Origin: Promethearchaeati archaeon
GTDB taxonomy: Archaea; Asgardarchaeota; Heimdallarchaeia; Heimdallarchaeales; Heimdallarchaeaceae
Direction of reading: 5' to 3'
DNA: 50,674 bases
Assembly: GCA_013166775.1 (NCBI GenBank)
Contig: JABLTJ010000037.1
Coordinates: 1-50,674, forward strand
Shown here piece by piece: positions 26,821 through 36,117 of this stretch. Within the stretch, counting starts at the first letter, position 1, and the number at the start of each line of letters is the position of its first letter. The translations under genes were made by a program, and so were the position numbers. Below the pieces are notes generated by a model. The model did not search any database. It was not told the origin of the DNA and saw only the letters and a list, made by a program, of their open reading frames with translations.

Positions 26821-27786
26821 TTATTCAGTTTTTTTCAAATTTCTCCAAGAATAGTCTTCTTTTGCAATTAATGTAACAGCTGAATCCTCTTCTTTATCTA
26901 TTATTTGGAGTTCATGGTCTGCAACAATTGCTTTTGAGAATTCATTTATTTTCTCAAATCTAGGCATAATTTCATAAGGAAGCCTTTTTCTTGCATCTCC
27001 TACAGACATAAATCCTTTAGGTTCCAGAAAATGTGCTTCTGATTCCATGAATATTTTTGAATACTCTTCAGGCTGTTCCATATTATATCCTGGAACTAGT
27101 GTTAGTCTGATTACTTTTCGTGTATCAAGTGATGGAAGTAGTTGTATAGTTTCCTTTATTTTATCCCAAGCATTCTTGATAGAAGGTCTTGCAGTCTTTT
27201 CAAACAATTCTTTATTAGGTGCAATCAAGGTTACGTATAGTTGAGTTGGTAAAGGATCCAAGTTTTCCAAAATCTCTGGATTAGTACCATTCGTTACCAA
27301 AAATGTGGTCATATCTCTTGAATGAAATTCTTCTATCAATTCACTCAATTTTGGATAAAGAGTAGGTTCTCCACTCAATGAAATTGCTGCATGCTTTGGA
27401 TTGAGAGATTCTAAATATTTCTTATTTGGTACAGCGGGATGAGCATTATATCCGGCTACAAGTTTTCTTTGCTGTTCAATCATTTGATCAATTACTTCTT
27501 TAGGTTCGTCAACCTTGCAGTTCATTGGTTCTTTATTATACCATGAAGCACTTCTCCAGCAAAATACACATTTTAGATTACACCAAATTACTGCAGGAGT
27601 GCATTGCAAGCATTGATGTGAAGCTATTCCATAGAATTTACTCTTATAACAGCTTCCTTCCCCCTTTAATGAGTGTTTCAACCATGTACAGGTCTTAACT
27701 GCTGAATGGTTCCCAGCTATTCGATACTGCTGTTTCTCCAATTTTTCTCTAACATTTTCTGGGATAGAACAAGGAACAACAGTCAT
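26821..27786 (-). CDS. taw1: 4-demethylwyosine synthase (radical SAM, tRNA-Phe wyosine pathway)
   Basis: HSAVKTCTW, CYKSKFYGIASHQC, CNLKCVFCWR (CX3CX2C), HAAISLSGEPTLY, FLVTNGT; lacks the eukaryotic flavodoxin domain. Confidence 0.95.
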   Translation of the reverse strand: MTVVPCSIPENVREKLEKQQYRIAGNHSAVKTCTWLKHSLKGEGSCYKSKFYGIASHQCLQCTPAVIWCNLKCVFCWRSASWYNKEPMNCKVDEPKEVIDQMIEQQRKLVAGYNAHPAVPNKKYLESLNPKHAAISLSGEPTLYPKLSELIEEFHSRDMTTFLVTNGTNPEILENLDPLPTQLYVTLIAPNKELFEKTARPSIKNAWDKIKETIQLLPSLDTRKVIRLTLVPGYNMEQPEEYSKIFMESEAHFLEPKGFMSVGDARKRLPYEIMPRFEKINEFSKAIVADHELQIIDKEEDSAVTLIAKEDYSWRNLKKTE

Positions 27787-27884
27787 CTAAACTTTCAAAA
27801 AATCTTTCCTTTTTTATTCTTTTGATTCAACTGAAAATTTTCAAAAACGATTGTAAAGAGAGGAAGAGTAGTTATAATGCTTTA

Positions 27885-28277
27885 TCATTCAACTAAACTA
27901 TCCAAAGTTATTTCATCAAGAAATCCAAACCTACTTGCATCACTCAAATATGATTGAGCTTGAAACTCATTATCAAATACTTTGATTTTATCTTTGATTT
28001 CTTTGTTTTTTATTTTCTTCTTCTTTGAGAATAAGAAAGCTATATTTTGAACAATTTTCCCTCTTTCAGCTAATTTATCTGCAATTTTATTAGCTATTTC
28101 TTCTGATTCCTTCACTTCATAATTTGTAACATCAATCATGTAAAAGAGGGGTTTTTTGGCATTTTCATGTTGTTCATCTAAACATCTATCAAATTCTTTT
28201 ACCATTTTATCTGTATATTTTCCTTCAAAACTCATTCTTACTATTACTTGAGATAGGTATCTTACATGAATTGTCAT
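27885..28277 (-). CDS. STAS/SpoIIAA-like small protein
   Basis: beta-beta-G, helix, YMIDVT strand, NIAFL strand and terminal KVFDNEFQAQSYL pattern typical of SpoIIAA-like domains. Confidence 0.55.
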   Translation of the reverse strand: MTIHVRYLSQVIVRMSFEGKYTDKMVKEFDRCLDEQHENAKKPLFYMIDVTNYEVKESEEIANKIADKLAERGKIVQNIAFLFSKKKKIKNKEIKDKIKVFDNEFQAQSYLSDASRFGFLDEITLDSLVE

Positions 28278-28416
28278 ATTATCACAATTTAAACTCTAAC
28301 CAACCACTCCTTAAAATACTTAAAAACGTTGTTTTTTAACATCTTTTCTTAAATCATACAGAATCAATGCATTAGATTTATTAAATCTCAAGAAACTAAT
28401 TGTTTGTGAGTTTGAA

Positions 28417-28956
28417 ATGGTGAATGAAGATAAAGAAAAAAGAACTGAAGTAAGGCAAGAAGAGAAGACTGTATTCATCAATCAAGCTAGACAAATTAGG
28501 TTTCTAAAGTCTGTTGTTGTAAGTGGTATTGGATTAGGATTTTATTACCTATTTGCATTCCTTTCACGTTTGGTTTTAGACAGAATATTCTCATTCAATC
28601 CATTATTTACAATATGGTTTTTAGATGTACGAAAAGAGCTAGTAGCAGCTTCCATTTCTATAGTAATAGTAATGGTTTACAATTATCTAGCGAATAAAAT
28701 GTGGACTTTTAAAGAACAAGAAAAAGAAGCAGAATTTAACACTACAGTTCAATTCATAAAATTTGCCTTAGTAGGAGCTTCAGGAACGTTGATCAATCTT
28801 GGTTTGGTTGAACTTACCAATGGAGTCTTTGATTGGAATTATTACTTAGCACTTACAATCGGTTTTGTCGTCTCTGTGCTAACTAATTTTATTCTGAATG
28901 ATATTTGGACTTTTAATCCTAAATTTGGAAAATTAAAAAAAGTGGAAAATGACTAA
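28417..28956 (+). CDS. GtrA-family membrane protein (putative lipid-linked sugar flippase)
   Basis: 4 TM; QFIKFALVG..GTLINL; internal repeat NYLANKMWTF / NFILNDIWTF. Confidence 0.85.
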   Translation: MVNEDKEKRTEVRQEEKTVFINQARQIRFLKSVVVSGIGLGFYYLFAFLSRLVLDRIFSFNPLFTIWFLDVRKELVAASISIVIVMVYNYLANKMWTFKEQEKEAEFNTTVQFIKFALVGASGTLINLGLVELTNGVFDWNYYLALTIGFVVSVLTNFILNDIWTFNPKFGKLKKVEND

Positions 28957-29362
28957 TTAAGTTCATATCCACAATTAACACAATAATTCCACAAAAATTA
29001 CAGAAATTAGGTCTTATATTTATTACAGAAGGATTCTTTTTCATTGTAGGTGAGAAATCCTGTCTTTCTGAATAACTAGCAGAATGTTCTGTTCTTTCGT
29101 ATGAATCTGCTGGTTTATATGGAGAAGGAGTAGGTGTATAGATTTCATATTGTTTCCTTTCATAGCTAGGATGACGTGTCCTTCTATGTCTTCTCGAACT
29201 AATAATTGCAGGTAGGATGAATAGAAGAAAAACTAAACTAACCATAATTGGAACAAACCTAACATCAAACCAGGTGAATTGTAATAGGAAATAAATTCCC
29301 AACCCTAATATTATAATTGATAAGAAGGATAACCTTCTTCCTCTATATCTCGTTTCGTGCAT
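28953..29362 (-). pseudogene. 2-TM membrane protein with double zinc ribbon disrupted by a frameshifting deletion
   Basis: FCNFCG is in frame; the second knuckle YCVNCGYELN* lies in another frame 2 nt later (junction about 28985-28987); the ORF track reports it as 28919..29392. Confidence 0.7.
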
Positions 29363-29426
29363 TTGTTTTTCTGAGATAGTTTTTACATCCACATTTATAA
29401 ATAATTATAAATAAGAATTAGAGGGA

Positions 29427-29771
29427 TTATGAGAAATCGTATTCTTCTCCACAATTTGAACAAAACGAAGCAGCCTTATCGATTTTATGTTTACACTTTT
29501 TACAGAAGATAACAGAAGATTTTTTGTAACCTGATTCTTTTAGTTTACCTACATGATGAGAATGTAAATAACTATCCACGTCTCGTGTATATTTTGTTTT
29601 TCCTCTCCTCATTAGGAGAGTTGTTGTAAGTAAAATTAAAATTATAACTATAGCAACAATCATGAATATATTTCTTTCAGGAAACAGAAAATAGTAAGCA
29701 ACAATTAACATAGATAACATAATAAACCAAGTTAATCCACTAATACTATACCATTTTTTGTCTATGTTCAT
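29427..29771 (-). CDS. 2-TM membrane protein with C-terminal double zinc ribbon
   Basis: Two TM helices, then FCKKC-x10-CSNCG. Confidence 0.8.
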   Translation of the reverse strand: MNIDKKWYSISGLTWFIMLSMLIVAYYFLFPERNIFMIVAIVIILILLTTTLLMRRGKTKYTRDVDSYLHSHHVGKLKESGYKKSSVIFCKKCKHKIDKAASFCSNCGEEYDFS

Positions 29772-29830
29772 TGTTATATCGCATTGTACATTTACGTTTA
29801 TAAAAGATAGTGTTCAAAGAAATTTAAATA

Positions 29831-31588
29831 TTAATTGTCAGAATTAACAGAATTAGGCGAGATAAATTCAAACTCTATGATTTTTAGCTGATCAAGATTA
29901 AAGGGGAAGGGTTCTGGAAGACTAATTAAGTTGTTTCTCCAATCTTTTGTCTCTATTGACCAAGAATTAAAATCTAAAGCATTAAATGGTATATCAAACC
30001 TCAGAGGTTTATCTACAGTCTGATTGTTAAACACTTGATCTATTTGGTCTCTGAATTTTTCGTAATAATATCTTTCAGATTCACTTACAATCATAAGTGA
30101 TTTAGCATCATTGAATTCATCATCAGCTTTCATAATTAAGAAATCTGCCTTGGATAAATTTCCTAATTGATACTGGAACATTGATAAAATTGAGTAGCTA
30201 TAAATCGGAACATATCTGTTGTTATAAAGCATTTGATAGACTTCTGCAGCTCTTTCATAATAGTTTTGAGATAATTTTAGAAATTCTTCTTTCTTCTCTT
30301 CTCCCCATCTAAATAACCAATATCGTGCAAGTAGAAGAGAAAGTTCAGGATCCCCAATATCAATTCCTTGAGTTTTGATTAGCATTTCCATTTTCTCTAT
30401 TTCTTCAACTAAATCATAGACATAGGCACCTAAAGATATTTTCGCATAAATATTAATCAGATTGAAAGAAATCCCTAAATCCTCTTTTTTTGATTTAATT
30501 AGAAGTTCCGAAACATACTTGTAGATTTCCCTTAATATTTCTTGAACTTCTAATCTAATAGCTGATTTTGTTAGCTCAAGTTTTTCATCCTTTAAATCAC
30601 CTATGTAAACCCCAGTCTTGTATTGAGTTGTAACTAAATCATGAAGGATCTGATAAAATCTGTTTTCTAATAATAACGATTTTTGTTGATAATAGAAACT
30701 TCGAATTGTTTCCGCATATTCAGTATGATCATTGTATTCTTCAAGTTGTTGCAATGCTCTTGAATTTTCCATGAAAGCTATGTTTAGAATCTCTGATACA
30801 TTTTCATTAAGAAATCTAGCGTTTAGAAGGTATAACTGAGCTTTCAATGAATAGAGAGAAGATTCTGATATTTTTGTTCTTAACAAACCAAAGCTAGTCT
30901 CTTCAATTTCCTTTAGATGAGTATGCCCTAATTGTGCCTTTTCAATAGCATCTTCAAAGAGTTTAAACCAAGAGATGAAGTCTTCTCTACTTATTACTGG
31001 AACAGTAACAATAAAATTGAACAACATCAAAACTAGTAATTGAGCATAATTTGTTGCAGATTTGATTATGTCTAATTTCTCTTTTTTGGTTAGATTAAGC
31101 CTAAGAACGGAATCAAGCTGCATGTAATCTATAAGAAATGTTAAGTTCAGCTGCTCTTTTTTCAAAAGCTCTGTAATCTGATCTTTGGGAGGTAATTTTC
31201 CATATTCTATAGTACCATCTAAAGCAGCATGGAGAGTGTAATAGGGATTTAAGCCTTTTAATTTGGAGAATAAATCAATAAAAGCAGAAAGGGCAGGATA
31301 TAACATAAATTGAGAACTACAACTTTCGACTGCGATCCACATTTCCCGTATGTTGTAAACAAGAAAATCAAAATACTCCTTCTTATAGACTCCCGATAAT
31401 CTATAGAGACGAGATACAAAGAATTTGAAGAGAGCAATTTTTGTTACAAATACATCTATATCCACATTTTTTTGATTTAAGGTATCTACGATTTCATTGA
31501 CAATATCTTGAACAAACAGAATCTTTCCCTTTGGTGTTAAAGATAGAAATTCTTTATGCTCTTTTTCAAAATCTAAGCTCATTAACAC
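29831..31588 (-). CDS. Hypothetical all-alpha (TPR-like) protein (probable ATG 31582)
   Basis: 585-aa ORF of amphipathic helices; YYERAAEVY and QYQLGNLSKAD look TPR-like; no catalytic motif. Confidence 0.6.
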   Translation of the reverse strand: MLMSLDFEKEHKEFLSLTPKGKILFVQDIVNEIVDTLNQKNVDIDVFVTKIALFKFFVSRLYRLSGVYKKEYFDFLVYNIREMWIAVESCSSQFMLYPALSAFIDLFSKLKGLNPYYTLHAALDGTIEYGKLPPKDQITELLKKEQLNLTFLIDYMQLDSVLRLNLTKKEKLDIIKSATNYAQLLVLMLFNFIVTVPVISREDFISWFKLFEDAIEKAQLGHTHLKEIEETSFGLLRTKISESSLYSLKAQLYLLNARFLNENVSEILNIAFMENSRALQQLEEYNDHTEYAETIRSFYYQQKSLLLENRFYQILHDLVTTQYKTGVYIGDLKDEKLELTKSAIRLEVQEILREIYKYVSELLIKSKKEDLGISFNLINIYAKISLGAYVYDLVEEIEKMEMLIKTQGIDIGDPELSLLLARYWLFRWGEEKKEEFLKLSQNYYERAAEVYQMLYNNRYVPIYSYSILSMFQYQLGNLSKADFLIMKADDEFNDAKSLMIVSESERYYYEKFRDQIDQVFNNQTVDKPLRFDIPFNALDFNSWSIETKDWRNNLISLPEPFPFNLDQLKIIEFEFISPNSVNSDN

Positions 31589-31633
31589 AAATATATCTAG
31601 GAAACTGATAAAGGTGATGTAATTGTCAAAAGA

Positions 31634-31942
31634 TTATTCACTAATGAATTTATCAATCATTACTGATATGAGACTCTTGAGGAATCGGTATAGAATAAAA
31701 ATAGCTGGGATTGATAAAATGATAGCGATAATTAGACCAAACGACCAAAGATATAAATTATCTTGTCTATAAGCTATTATAAATATTGGAGACAAGGGGA
31801 TAGATGCAAAAATCATGTATGTTAGAAGAGTGAAACTTCTTTCTTTAAATTGCTTGATATTTGCTTTTTTCTCTTCCTCTATACTTAATCTTGTCATAAG
31901 CAAATATAAATAACAGCTTTTTATGTTTAAAAATATACTCAA
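31634..31942 (-). CDS. Small 2-TM hypothetical membrane protein (probable ATG 31897)
   Basis: Two hydrophobic segments; same strand as its neighbours. Confidence 0.55.
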   Translation of the reverse strand: MSIFLNIKSCYLYLLMTRLSIEEEKKANIKQFKERSFTLLTYMIFASIPLSPIFIIAYRQDNLYLWSFGLIIAIILSIPAIFILYRFLKSLISVMIDKFISE

Positions 31943-31977
31943 TATTATATTGAATTAATAAAAGGAAATTTGAAGAA

Positions 31978-33789
31978 TTAGCTTAAATTAAGTCTTGCTA
32001 ATTCCGCTTTAGTAGGAATACCATTTTTATCTAATCCTCGTTTTTCATAGAGTAATTTCCTAGATTTAATGAAGTCTTCTTCATCCACAAAAGCTGTTTT
32101 TCCTTCAGCTCTTCCAGATGGGAGAGGTTCTTTCATGAATCGTTTTGGAAGAGAGTCGAATTCTACAGGTTTCTTATCTCCAAATTCTCTTATATTGAAC
32201 ATTCGTTTCATAATCCAAACTCTGCGAGCTAAATCAATCAGCTCTTCTTCTGTTACTTCTTTATCCCACATAGCTGAAGTAATGTTTACACAATCTTCAA
32301 ATTTCAGTGATGGTTTTATGCTATGAGTAAAATGACAAATAGTTAAACAGTCCTTTATTGTTTTTAGATCTTGTTGCTCAATGAGGGAATCAATAACCTC
32401 TATTGCGCTCTTATCGGGAACATCTTTAGTGGAAGGCCATCCGCGCAAGTGAGAAGCCCCCACAGCAGCTGTTGCATAACTTAACCCCAAGCCAAGTTTA
32501 GCTCTTGGATCCCATGCGGCAAATGGAAGTTTTTTGACATGAATTGCTAAATCTTTGATATTCCAATGTTCAGCAGCTTGAGCTACTCCTTCAGCTAGAA
32601 CATTTCCGATATCTTTTCGATAAGCTATCTTATCAATAAGTTCTAGGAATTTGTCCATATTACCAAACTCGACATCTTCAAACTCAGGTCCTTCAACTAA
32701 TCCTTTTTCTTTTGCTTCCATGGTCATAGCAATTGCACTACCAGTAGAGATAGTATCAAGTCCTAGTTGATTGCAGAGATAATTAGCATGAATAACAGCT
32801 TCAATATCTCCAATTCCGCAATTCCCACCAAGCATTGCTAATGTCTCATATTCAGGTTTAGCTATTTCTTTCTCATCAACCCAATCGAAAACAGAAGCAT
32901 CAAGAGTTTCTGAGCAACCAATTGGACAGTTGTAACAAGGTCTTCTGAACCGTTTATACTTTTCAGCTAGAGTTTCGTGATCTAGTTTCTTGATATCTTC
33001 AAATTCTCCAGCCTGCCAATTACGAGTAGGGTAGTGGTCAAGATCGTTTGCCACATTAACCAACCAGCTAGTTCCATGTTTATGGAGTAGATGACCGTCG
33101 TCTTTAGCATTCTTAGCTCGAGCAACCAAGTCCTTTCTAATTTGATCTATCTTTTCTTGATTACCATTTGTTGGTTTGGTTGATCCTTTTACCGCTACAG
33201 CTTTTAGATTTTTATAACCAAAAACAGCTCCTAAACCACCCCTTCCTGCGTTTCTAAATCCATCAGAAGTTGTGCAAGCAAATTTCACCAAATTCTCTCC
33301 TGCAGGACCAATAGAGAGTACTCTCATTTTTGGTTCTCCCTCCTTTTCTTGGATAAGCTTCTCTGTTAGATTAACATATTTTCCCCATAGGTCTGAAGCG
33401 TCTCTGAATTCGATTGAACTGTCTTTTATGGATACATATACTGGTTTATCGGATTTACCTTCTATAATAAGAAGATCATAGCCAGAAAAACGTATTTCTG
33501 GACCGAAAAATCCTCCAGCATTGCAATCTAGATATAAACTTGTTAATGGTCCTTTGGTTCCCATGGCATACCGTCCGGAAACAGGAATTTTTGTTCCTTG
33601 GATTGGGCCAGGAGCTATGAAAATTTTATTTTCAGCTGAAAGAGGTTCAATCTTTGGTTCTAATTCTTTATACAAATAATAGGTAATATATCCTGTTCCT
33701 CCCAAATAATCATAAACAACTGATTCAGGTATTTCTTCGACTTTGGATGAAGAATCAGTTAAATTGATTCTTAAAAGCTTGTTATTCAT
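31978..33789 (-). CDS. aor: Aldehyde:ferredoxin oxidoreductase family (tungstopterin) enzyme, copy 1
   Basis: YLGGTG, SGR, IGPAGEN, AGRGGLGAVFG.KNLKA, CYNCPIGC [4Fe-4S] ligands, PEYET, LGLDTIS, GASHLRG, TIC, LPKRF. Confidence 0.95.
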   Translation of the reverse strand: MNNKLLRINLTDSSSKVEEIPESVVYDYLGGTGYITYYLYKELEPKIEPLSAENKIFIAPGPIQGTKIPVSGRYAMGTKGPLTSLYLDCNAGGFFGPEIRFSGYDLLIIEGKSDKPVYVSIKDSSIEFRDASDLWGKYVNLTEKLIQEKEGEPKMRVLSIGPAGENLVKFACTTSDGFRNAGRGGLGAVFGYKNLKAVAVKGSTKPTNGNQEKIDQIRKDLVARAKNAKDDGHLLHKHGTSWLVNVANDLDHYPTRNWQAGEFEDIKKLDHETLAEKYKRFRRPCYNCPIGCSETLDASVFDWVDEKEIAKPEYETLAMLGGNCGIGDIEAVIHANYLCNQLGLDTISTGSAIAMTMEAKEKGLVEGPEFEDVEFGNMDKFLELIDKIAYRKDIGNVLAEGVAQAAEHWNIKDLAIHVKKLPFAAWDPRAKLGLGLSYATAAVGASHLRGWPSTKDVPDKSAIEVIDSLIEQQDLKTIKDCLTICHFTHSIKPSLKFEDCVNITSAMWDKEVTEEELIDLARRVWIMKRMFNIREFGDKKPVEFDSLPKRFMKEPLPSGRAEGKTAFVDEEDFIKSRKLLYEKRGLDKNGIPTKAELARLNLS

Positions 33790-33810
33790 ACTTGAAGAAA
33801 AATTAGAATT

Positions 33811-33818
33811 CTTATAAA
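33811..33818 (-). promoter_or_regulatory. Archaeal TATA box of AOR copy 1
   Basis: TTTATAAG on the minus strand, 21 nt upstream of ATG 33789. Confidence 0.6.
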
Positions 33819-33882
33819 GATTGTTTTTCGACGATTAGAATCAAAATTAAGTTTGGTCAAAAAAAATAAGAGTAGAATTGTT

Positions 33883-35691
33883 TTAAATTCCTAAGCGTTC
33901 AATCTCCTCTTTTGTTGGAATTCCAAATTGATCGAGTCCTCTTTTCTTGTAAAGCAATTGTAGCGATTTCTCGTAATCCTCTTCACTTATGAAAGCTTTA
34001 CTTCCTTCAGCTCTTCCTGAAGGCAAAGGTTCTTGCATAAATCTCTTTGGAAGGACATCATAATCTACTGGTTTTTCATCCTCATACTGGTTGATATTGA
34101 AGAGTCGTTTAGTTATCCATATTCTTTGTGCTATCTCCATCATCTCTTTACGGGGAACTTTTCTATCCCATAAAGCTGATAATATATTTTGTCTGTCTTT
34201 GAAAGTAAAACCACCTTCTATCACATATGAAAAAGTACATACGACTAAACAGTCGATCAGGGATTTGTAATCTTGTTGCTCGATCAAGGAGTCTATTACA
34301 TCAATTGCGCTTTTATCTGGAATTTCAGATGTTTGAGGCCACCCACGCAAATGCGATGCTCCCACTGCAGCGGTTGAATAGCTTAAGCCTAATCCTCTTT
34401 TTCCTCTAGGATCCCAAGCTGCAAAAGGTAAACCTTTCACGTGGATTGCTAAATCTTCCACTCCCCATTGTTCAGCTGCTTGTGCTACTCCTTTTGCGAG
34501 AATATCTCCAAAACCTTTTCTATAAGCTATCATTTCCAGCATTTCAAATATCTTTACTCTGTTTCCGAATTCTACACCTTCAAATTCAGATCCTTTGAGA
34601 AAACCTTTTTCCACTGCTTCCATTGTCATAGCAATAGCACTTCCTGCTGATATTGTATCCAGACCTAGTTGATTGCAAAGATAATTTGCTCGTATTATTG
34701 TTTCATGATCACTAATTCCTACATTTCCTCCGAACATAGCCATAGTTTCATATTCAGGTCGTGCTACCTCTTCCTTCTCGGTCCAGTCAAAAACAGATGC
34801 ATCTAATGTACTAGAGCATCCTATTGGGCAATTATAACAAGGTCGTTTGATAGCTGTATACATCTCGTCCAAAATTTCACCACTTAGCTTCTCATACTCT
34901 TCAAATTCACCTGATTGCCAATTACGTGTTGGATATTGGCTCATTTCGTTAGAAAAGGCAACTGCATTACTTGTACCATAAATGAACATCCCTGCTCCTC
35001 TATCTTTTGCTTCTTTTGTTCTTTTGAGTATATCTTTACGAACTTCATCTATTTTATCTGGATTACCATTTGATGGTTTACCGGAGCCCTTTACAGCTAC
35101 AGCTTTGAGATTCTTTGATCCAAATACTGCTCCTAATCCTCCTCTTCCAGGATTGTGATGAATATCAGCTGTTGGACATGAAATAGTTACAAGGTTTTCT
35201 CCTGCTGGACCAATTGCAATTATCCTCATTTTGGGTTCACTTTCATCTTTTCTAATCGTATCCTCTGTTTCGTAGAACAGTTTCCCCCAGAGATGTTTAG
35301 CTTCCTTAATTTTCACTACATCATCTTTAACCGAGATGTAAACGGGTTTTTCTGCTTTCCCTTCAATTATAATCAAATCATATCCTGCAAATCGTATTTC
35401 AGGACCAAGAAATCCGCCTGCATGGCTATCTAGGAAATGATTTGTTAATGGACTTAATGCTCCAACAGCATAACGTCCTGTAATAGGAATCTTACCTCCT
35501 TGAGCAGGTCCTGGAGCTATAATTAGCTTATTTTCTGGAGACAATGGTTCTATTCTCCTCTTTATTTCTTTGTAAAGATAATAACTGATAAATCCAGTCC
35601 CTCCAATGTATTTTTCTTCAATTTCCTTTGGAATTTTCTCTTTGAAAATTTCTTTATTTGTTAAGTTTATTCTCAGAAGATTGTTTTTCAT
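33883..35691 (-). CDS. aor: Aldehyde:ferredoxin oxidoreductase family (tungstopterin) enzyme, copy 2
   Basis: Same motif set as copy 1 (CYNCPIGC, PEYET, LGLDTIS, GASHLRG, VVC). Confidence 0.95.
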   Translation of the reverse strand: MKNNLLRINLTNKEIFKEKIPKEIEEKYIGGTGFISYYLYKEIKRRIEPLSPENKLIIAPGPAQGGKIPITGRYAVGALSPLTNHFLDSHAGGFLGPEIRFAGYDLIIIEGKAEKPVYISVKDDVVKIKEAKHLWGKLFYETEDTIRKDESEPKMRIIAIGPAGENLVTISCPTADIHHNPGRGGLGAVFGSKNLKAVAVKGSGKPSNGNPDKIDEVRKDILKRTKEAKDRGAGMFIYGTSNAVAFSNEMSQYPTRNWQSGEFEEYEKLSGEILDEMYTAIKRPCYNCPIGCSSTLDASVFDWTEKEEVARPEYETMAMFGGNVGISDHETIIRANYLCNQLGLDTISAGSAIAMTMEAVEKGFLKGSEFEGVEFGNRVKIFEMLEMIAYRKGFGDILAKGVAQAAEQWGVEDLAIHVKGLPFAAWDPRGKRGLGLSYSTAAVGASHLRGWPQTSEIPDKSAIDVIDSLIEQQDYKSLIDCLVVCTFSYVIEGGFTFKDRQNILSALWDRKVPRKEMMEIAQRIWITKRLFNINQYEDEKPVDYDVLPKRFMQEPLPSGRAEGSKAFISEEDYEKSLQLLYKKRGLDQFGIPTKEEIERLGI

Positions 35692-35784
35692 GAAAAATCA
35701 AAAGAACACACAATTAAAAATTTTTTCAAATCTTTTCTAGTCTTTAGACAAGATTAAAAAGCGTTTATTGAATCAATTTCTTAG

Positions 35785-36081
35785 ATGATTTATAGCACAA
35801 TTGCTCCTTGTAAGAAGAAGAAAGGATTCGAAGGTTATCCTGATGAATTCTACAATGTTCCTCTTACTAGTATCAAGGACAATTTGCTCCTAGAACTTGA
35901 TTCTTATCAAATTCTTCGAGAGACAAAAGTGTGTTTAATTTTGAAGGAAGAAGATAGTGGGAACAAAATATCCATCTTCCCTTCACTCAGAGTTTTCATC
36001 TATGGGGATGTGGAGGAAAACGAAGCGACTTCTATTTTTGATAAAATCAGCAAATCTGTTGAGAATATTGTTTCATCTTGA
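35785..36081 (+). CDS. Small hypothetical protein, possibly TBP-like fold resembling the C-terminal domain of some MoeB/ThiF proteins
   Basis: N-terminal PC; ISIFPSLRVFIYG followed by a terminal helix (EATSIFDKI); divergent from the AORs. Confidence 0.5.
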   Translation: MIYSTIAPCKKKKGFEGYPDEFYNVPLTSIKDNLLLELDSYQILRETKVCLILKEEDSGNKISIFPSLRVFIYGDVEENEATSIFDKISKSVENIVSS

Positions 36082-36117
36082 TTTTACTTGTTGCTATTAC
36101 GTAAAAAATAAATAGCC

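Noticed and set aside
28374-28388. Palindrome AGATTTA-T-TAAATCT upstream of gtrA
   Set aside because: Coincides with the likely TATA region, is very AT-rich and I noticed no second copy; chance cannot be excluded
28919-28952. C-terminal extension of the ORF-track call 28919..29392
   Set aside because: Out-of-frame read-through after the deletion; it overlaps the GtrA gene, and the true end is YCVNCGYELN* at 28953
31978-35691. AOR pair as an assembly duplication or mobile repeat
   Set aside because: The copies differ throughout at nucleotide and protein level, consistent with an old gene duplication
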